Assembly (NCBI GenBank): GCA_037137755.1
Contig: JBAXJR010000003.1
Location: 53,715 to 117,714, forward strand
Source of the DNA: Methanomicrobiales archaeon
Lineage (GTDB): Archaea; Halobacteriota; Methanomicrobia; Methanomicrobiales; Methanospirillaceae
Reading direction: 5' to 3'
DNA: 64,000 nucleotides
Part shown: piece after piece, positions 62,140 to 64,000 of the stretch
Numbering within the stretch: position 1 is the first letter of the stretch
How the letters are laid out: the number at the start of each line of letters is the position of its first letter
Notes under the pieces: model-generated
Told to the model about the DNA's origin: nothing
What the model saw: the letters and a program-made list of their open reading frames with translations, nothing else
The model's database searches: none
Position numbers and translations under genes: made by a program

Positions 62140-63315
62140 TTGAAAATGAAAAGGCTTGATAAACATATTCAGGAGATCCAAAATGGCGAATCCTTAAAAA
62201 TAATGGTGATTAGTGCCTTTGCAATATTTGCCCTTTTCGTAACCCTGTTTACGATCCAGGTCAGGGACCAGGTTTTCTCTTCCCAAATCTATGGTCTGTT
62301 ACCGCACCTGTATATTATTCCCGTTATCCTTGTGGCACTCTGGTACCCGAAACGCGGCCTGCAGATCACGGTCCTTATCATTACGGCAATAATCATTCTG
62401 ACAGCCATCCTGTACAATACGGGAATTACCTTGAATCCTGTGCTTTCGCTCCTGAATGCCGGCCTTGATATTATGATATTTGTCGCGGTTGCCCTGTATG
62501 CCAAAGACCGGAACATGGTTGATGCCGCATTAAGGGATTTCTTCGAACGGTCGGGTATGATGGATACCGTAACCGGGGGCCCGGATGATGGAAAAACAAA
62601 AGCAAACATCAAGGTTTTGGGTGATTTTGATGAGGTCACGCGGGCCCTGCAAAGCACTGATGACGACACCAGGGAGGAAGCCGCACGGGCCCTCGGGGAA
62701 CTAAAGGACCCGCGGGCGGTGACACCACTTATATCAGCACTGGAGGACCCGAACCATTATGTCCGTCGTGAGGCGGCGAAGTCTCTTGGCCGGCTGGGTG
62801 ATGACCGTGCCATCCCGGCATTACTCAATGCCCTCAAGGATGATGACCGGTCTGGACGTGAGGGTGCTGCAGAAGGTCTTGCCGAAATGAAAGACAAGGC
62901 ATTGGCTCCATTAATCAAATCCTTAAAAGACCCGGACTGGCATGTCCGGATGGGGGCCCTTGTCTCACTGCGGATAATCGGGGATAAACGGGTAATTTTA
63001 GATATTATTGACGCCTTAAAGGATGAGAACCGGTTTGTCAGAAGGGAGGCAGTAAAATCCCTGGGGCGTATTGGTGATGGACGTATGGTTGTCCCCCTGA
63101 CCGAAGCGTTAAGGGATGAAGACCGGAGTGTCAGGATGAGGGCGGTGGGAGCACTTGCAAAATATGGCGGCGATGCAACAATTGATCCTCTTATAGAAGC
63201 ATTAAAAGACAGCGATAGCGGTGTCCGGCTCCGTGCGGTCCAGGCGTTGGAAGAAACCAAGGACCCACGTGCAATAAGGGCCCTACATAACACCGTTGTT
63301 ATTGAAAGTTCGTGA
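62140..63315 (+). CDS. Membrane-anchored HEAT/PBS-lyase repeat protein (N-terminal about 4 TM)
   Basis: HLYIIPVIL..LWYPKRG TM module followed by about 7 D....VR..A..ALG...D.RA...L repeats. Confidence 0.88.
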   Translation: MKMKRLDKHIQEIQNGESLKIMVISAFAIFALFVTLFTIQVRDQVFSSQIYGLLPHLYIIPVILVALWYPKRGLQITVLIITAIIILTAILYNTGITLNPVLSLLNAGLDIMIFVAVALYAKDRNMVDAALRDFFERSGMMDTVTGGPDDGKTKANIKVLGDFDEVTRALQSTDDDTREEAARALGELKDPRAVTPLISALEDPNHYVRREAAKSLGRLGDDRAIPALLNALKDDDRSGREGAAEGLAEMKDKALAPLIKSLKDPDWHVRMGALVSLRIIGDKRVILDIIDALKDENRFVRREAVKSLGRIGDGRMVVPLTEALRDEDRSVRMRAVGALAKYGGDATIDPLIEALKDSDSGVRLRAVQALEETKDPRAIRALHNTVVIESS

Positions 63316-63465
63316 CCGCGATAAAGGAGGATTCCCTTCCTTCACTGAATCCATTATAATATTCAGGCATTAGTGTTAAAACGAGCGATATAATTATATA
63401 GAACTGGAACAATCATACATTTGCAGTATGTTCTGGAGGGATCCAGCGTCTGCGAGGTGTAGTAA

Positions 63466-64000
63466 ATGTCAATGAAAAACAGAAATGAAGACGGGTTCAC
63501 CGGTCTCGAGGCGGCAATCGTCCTGATTGCATTCGTCGTCGTCGCCGCAGTGTTCAGTTACGTCGTGCTCGGTGCAGGTTTCTTCACCACACAGAAAAGC
63601 CAGCAGGTTGTCCATGCAGGTGTTACCCAGGCTGCATCAAACATTGTAGTCAAGGGGAACGTGTATGGAATTAGTCCTGATAATGCAACGGTACAGGATT
63701 TACAGTTTGATATCGGGCTGGCAGCAGGTGGATTACCTATTGATGTGTCCAAAATTACTATGACTTATAGTACTCCGACTTCCCCGCCAACTAACCTGGT
63801 TTGGTCGACAGCAACCCCTACATCCAGCGGATGGTGGGTCATATCCAATAGCTCGGACAGGGTAGGAAATCTGCTTCAGGAAGGTCAGTTCTATACAGTC
63901 AGGGCGAGGCCAGCAGTTGCATTGCAGCCAAGGGGAGCATTCACTTTGGAAATCAAACCCGAAAATGGCGCAGCGCTTGGTCTACAGAGATCGGCACCTG
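63466..64000 (+). CDS. flaB: Archaellin, 3'-truncated by the window edge
   Basis: MSMKNRNEDG/FTGLEAAIVLIAFVVVAAVFSYVVLGAGFFTTQKS class III signal peptide; GAGGTG RBS; frame open to window end. Confidence 0.93.
   Translation, partial: MSMKNRNEDGFTGLEAAIVLIAFVVVAAVFSYVVLGAGFFTTQKSQQVVHAGVTQAASNIVVKGNVYGISPDNATVQDLQFDIGLAAGGLPIDVSKITMTYSTPTSPPTNLVWSTATPTSSGWWVISNSSDRVGNLLQEGQFYTVRARPAVALQPRGAFTLEIKPENGAALGLQRSAP

Noticed and set aside
63466-63520. Archaellin leader with acidic residues (NEDG) before the cleavage site
   Set aside because: Already known for Methanomicrobiales archaellins; useful for taxonomy but not novel.
1-64000. CRISPR arrays, tRNA/rRNA genes, transposases, integrases, inteins, Sec/Pyl readthrough
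   Set aside because: None seen by eye. Recognised genes have normal lengths and no in-frame stops. A tRNAscan/Infernal run would be needed to exclude small RNAs fully.

Overview
Chromosomal window from a methanogenic archaeon, most likely Methanomicrobiales. This is inferred from gene content (PAN, Dph5, CarS, Tes-type radical SAM, archaeal NusA, archaellin with an acidic NEDG/FTGLE leader), not from a database search. Most of it is housekeeping: a fumarate hydratase beta / korDABG / sucCD TCA-branch operon, argF-purD-pyrE-carS, dnaG, pyrC, leuCDB, hisE, dph5, pan, purB, xpd-ogt, mobA, a ParA / PAS-CheW / CheW / CheR chemotaxis block and the start of an archaellin. The strongest non-routine signals are: (1) a coupled three-gene nitrogenase-like operon (NifH-like plus two short component-1 subunits, each with three cluster Cys and no visible FeMoco ligands), next to a flavodiiron protein and a decayed rubredoxin; (2) an H/ACA-type guide RNA between pyrC and DUF167 whose pocket fits 23S rRNA helix 69; (3) a GC-rich hairpin repeat present twice in opposite orientation; (4) a ParA next to a HAMP/PAS-CheW fusion; (5) two pseudogenes and several small proteins. 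I saw no tRNA, rRNA, CRISPR array, integrase or transposase.
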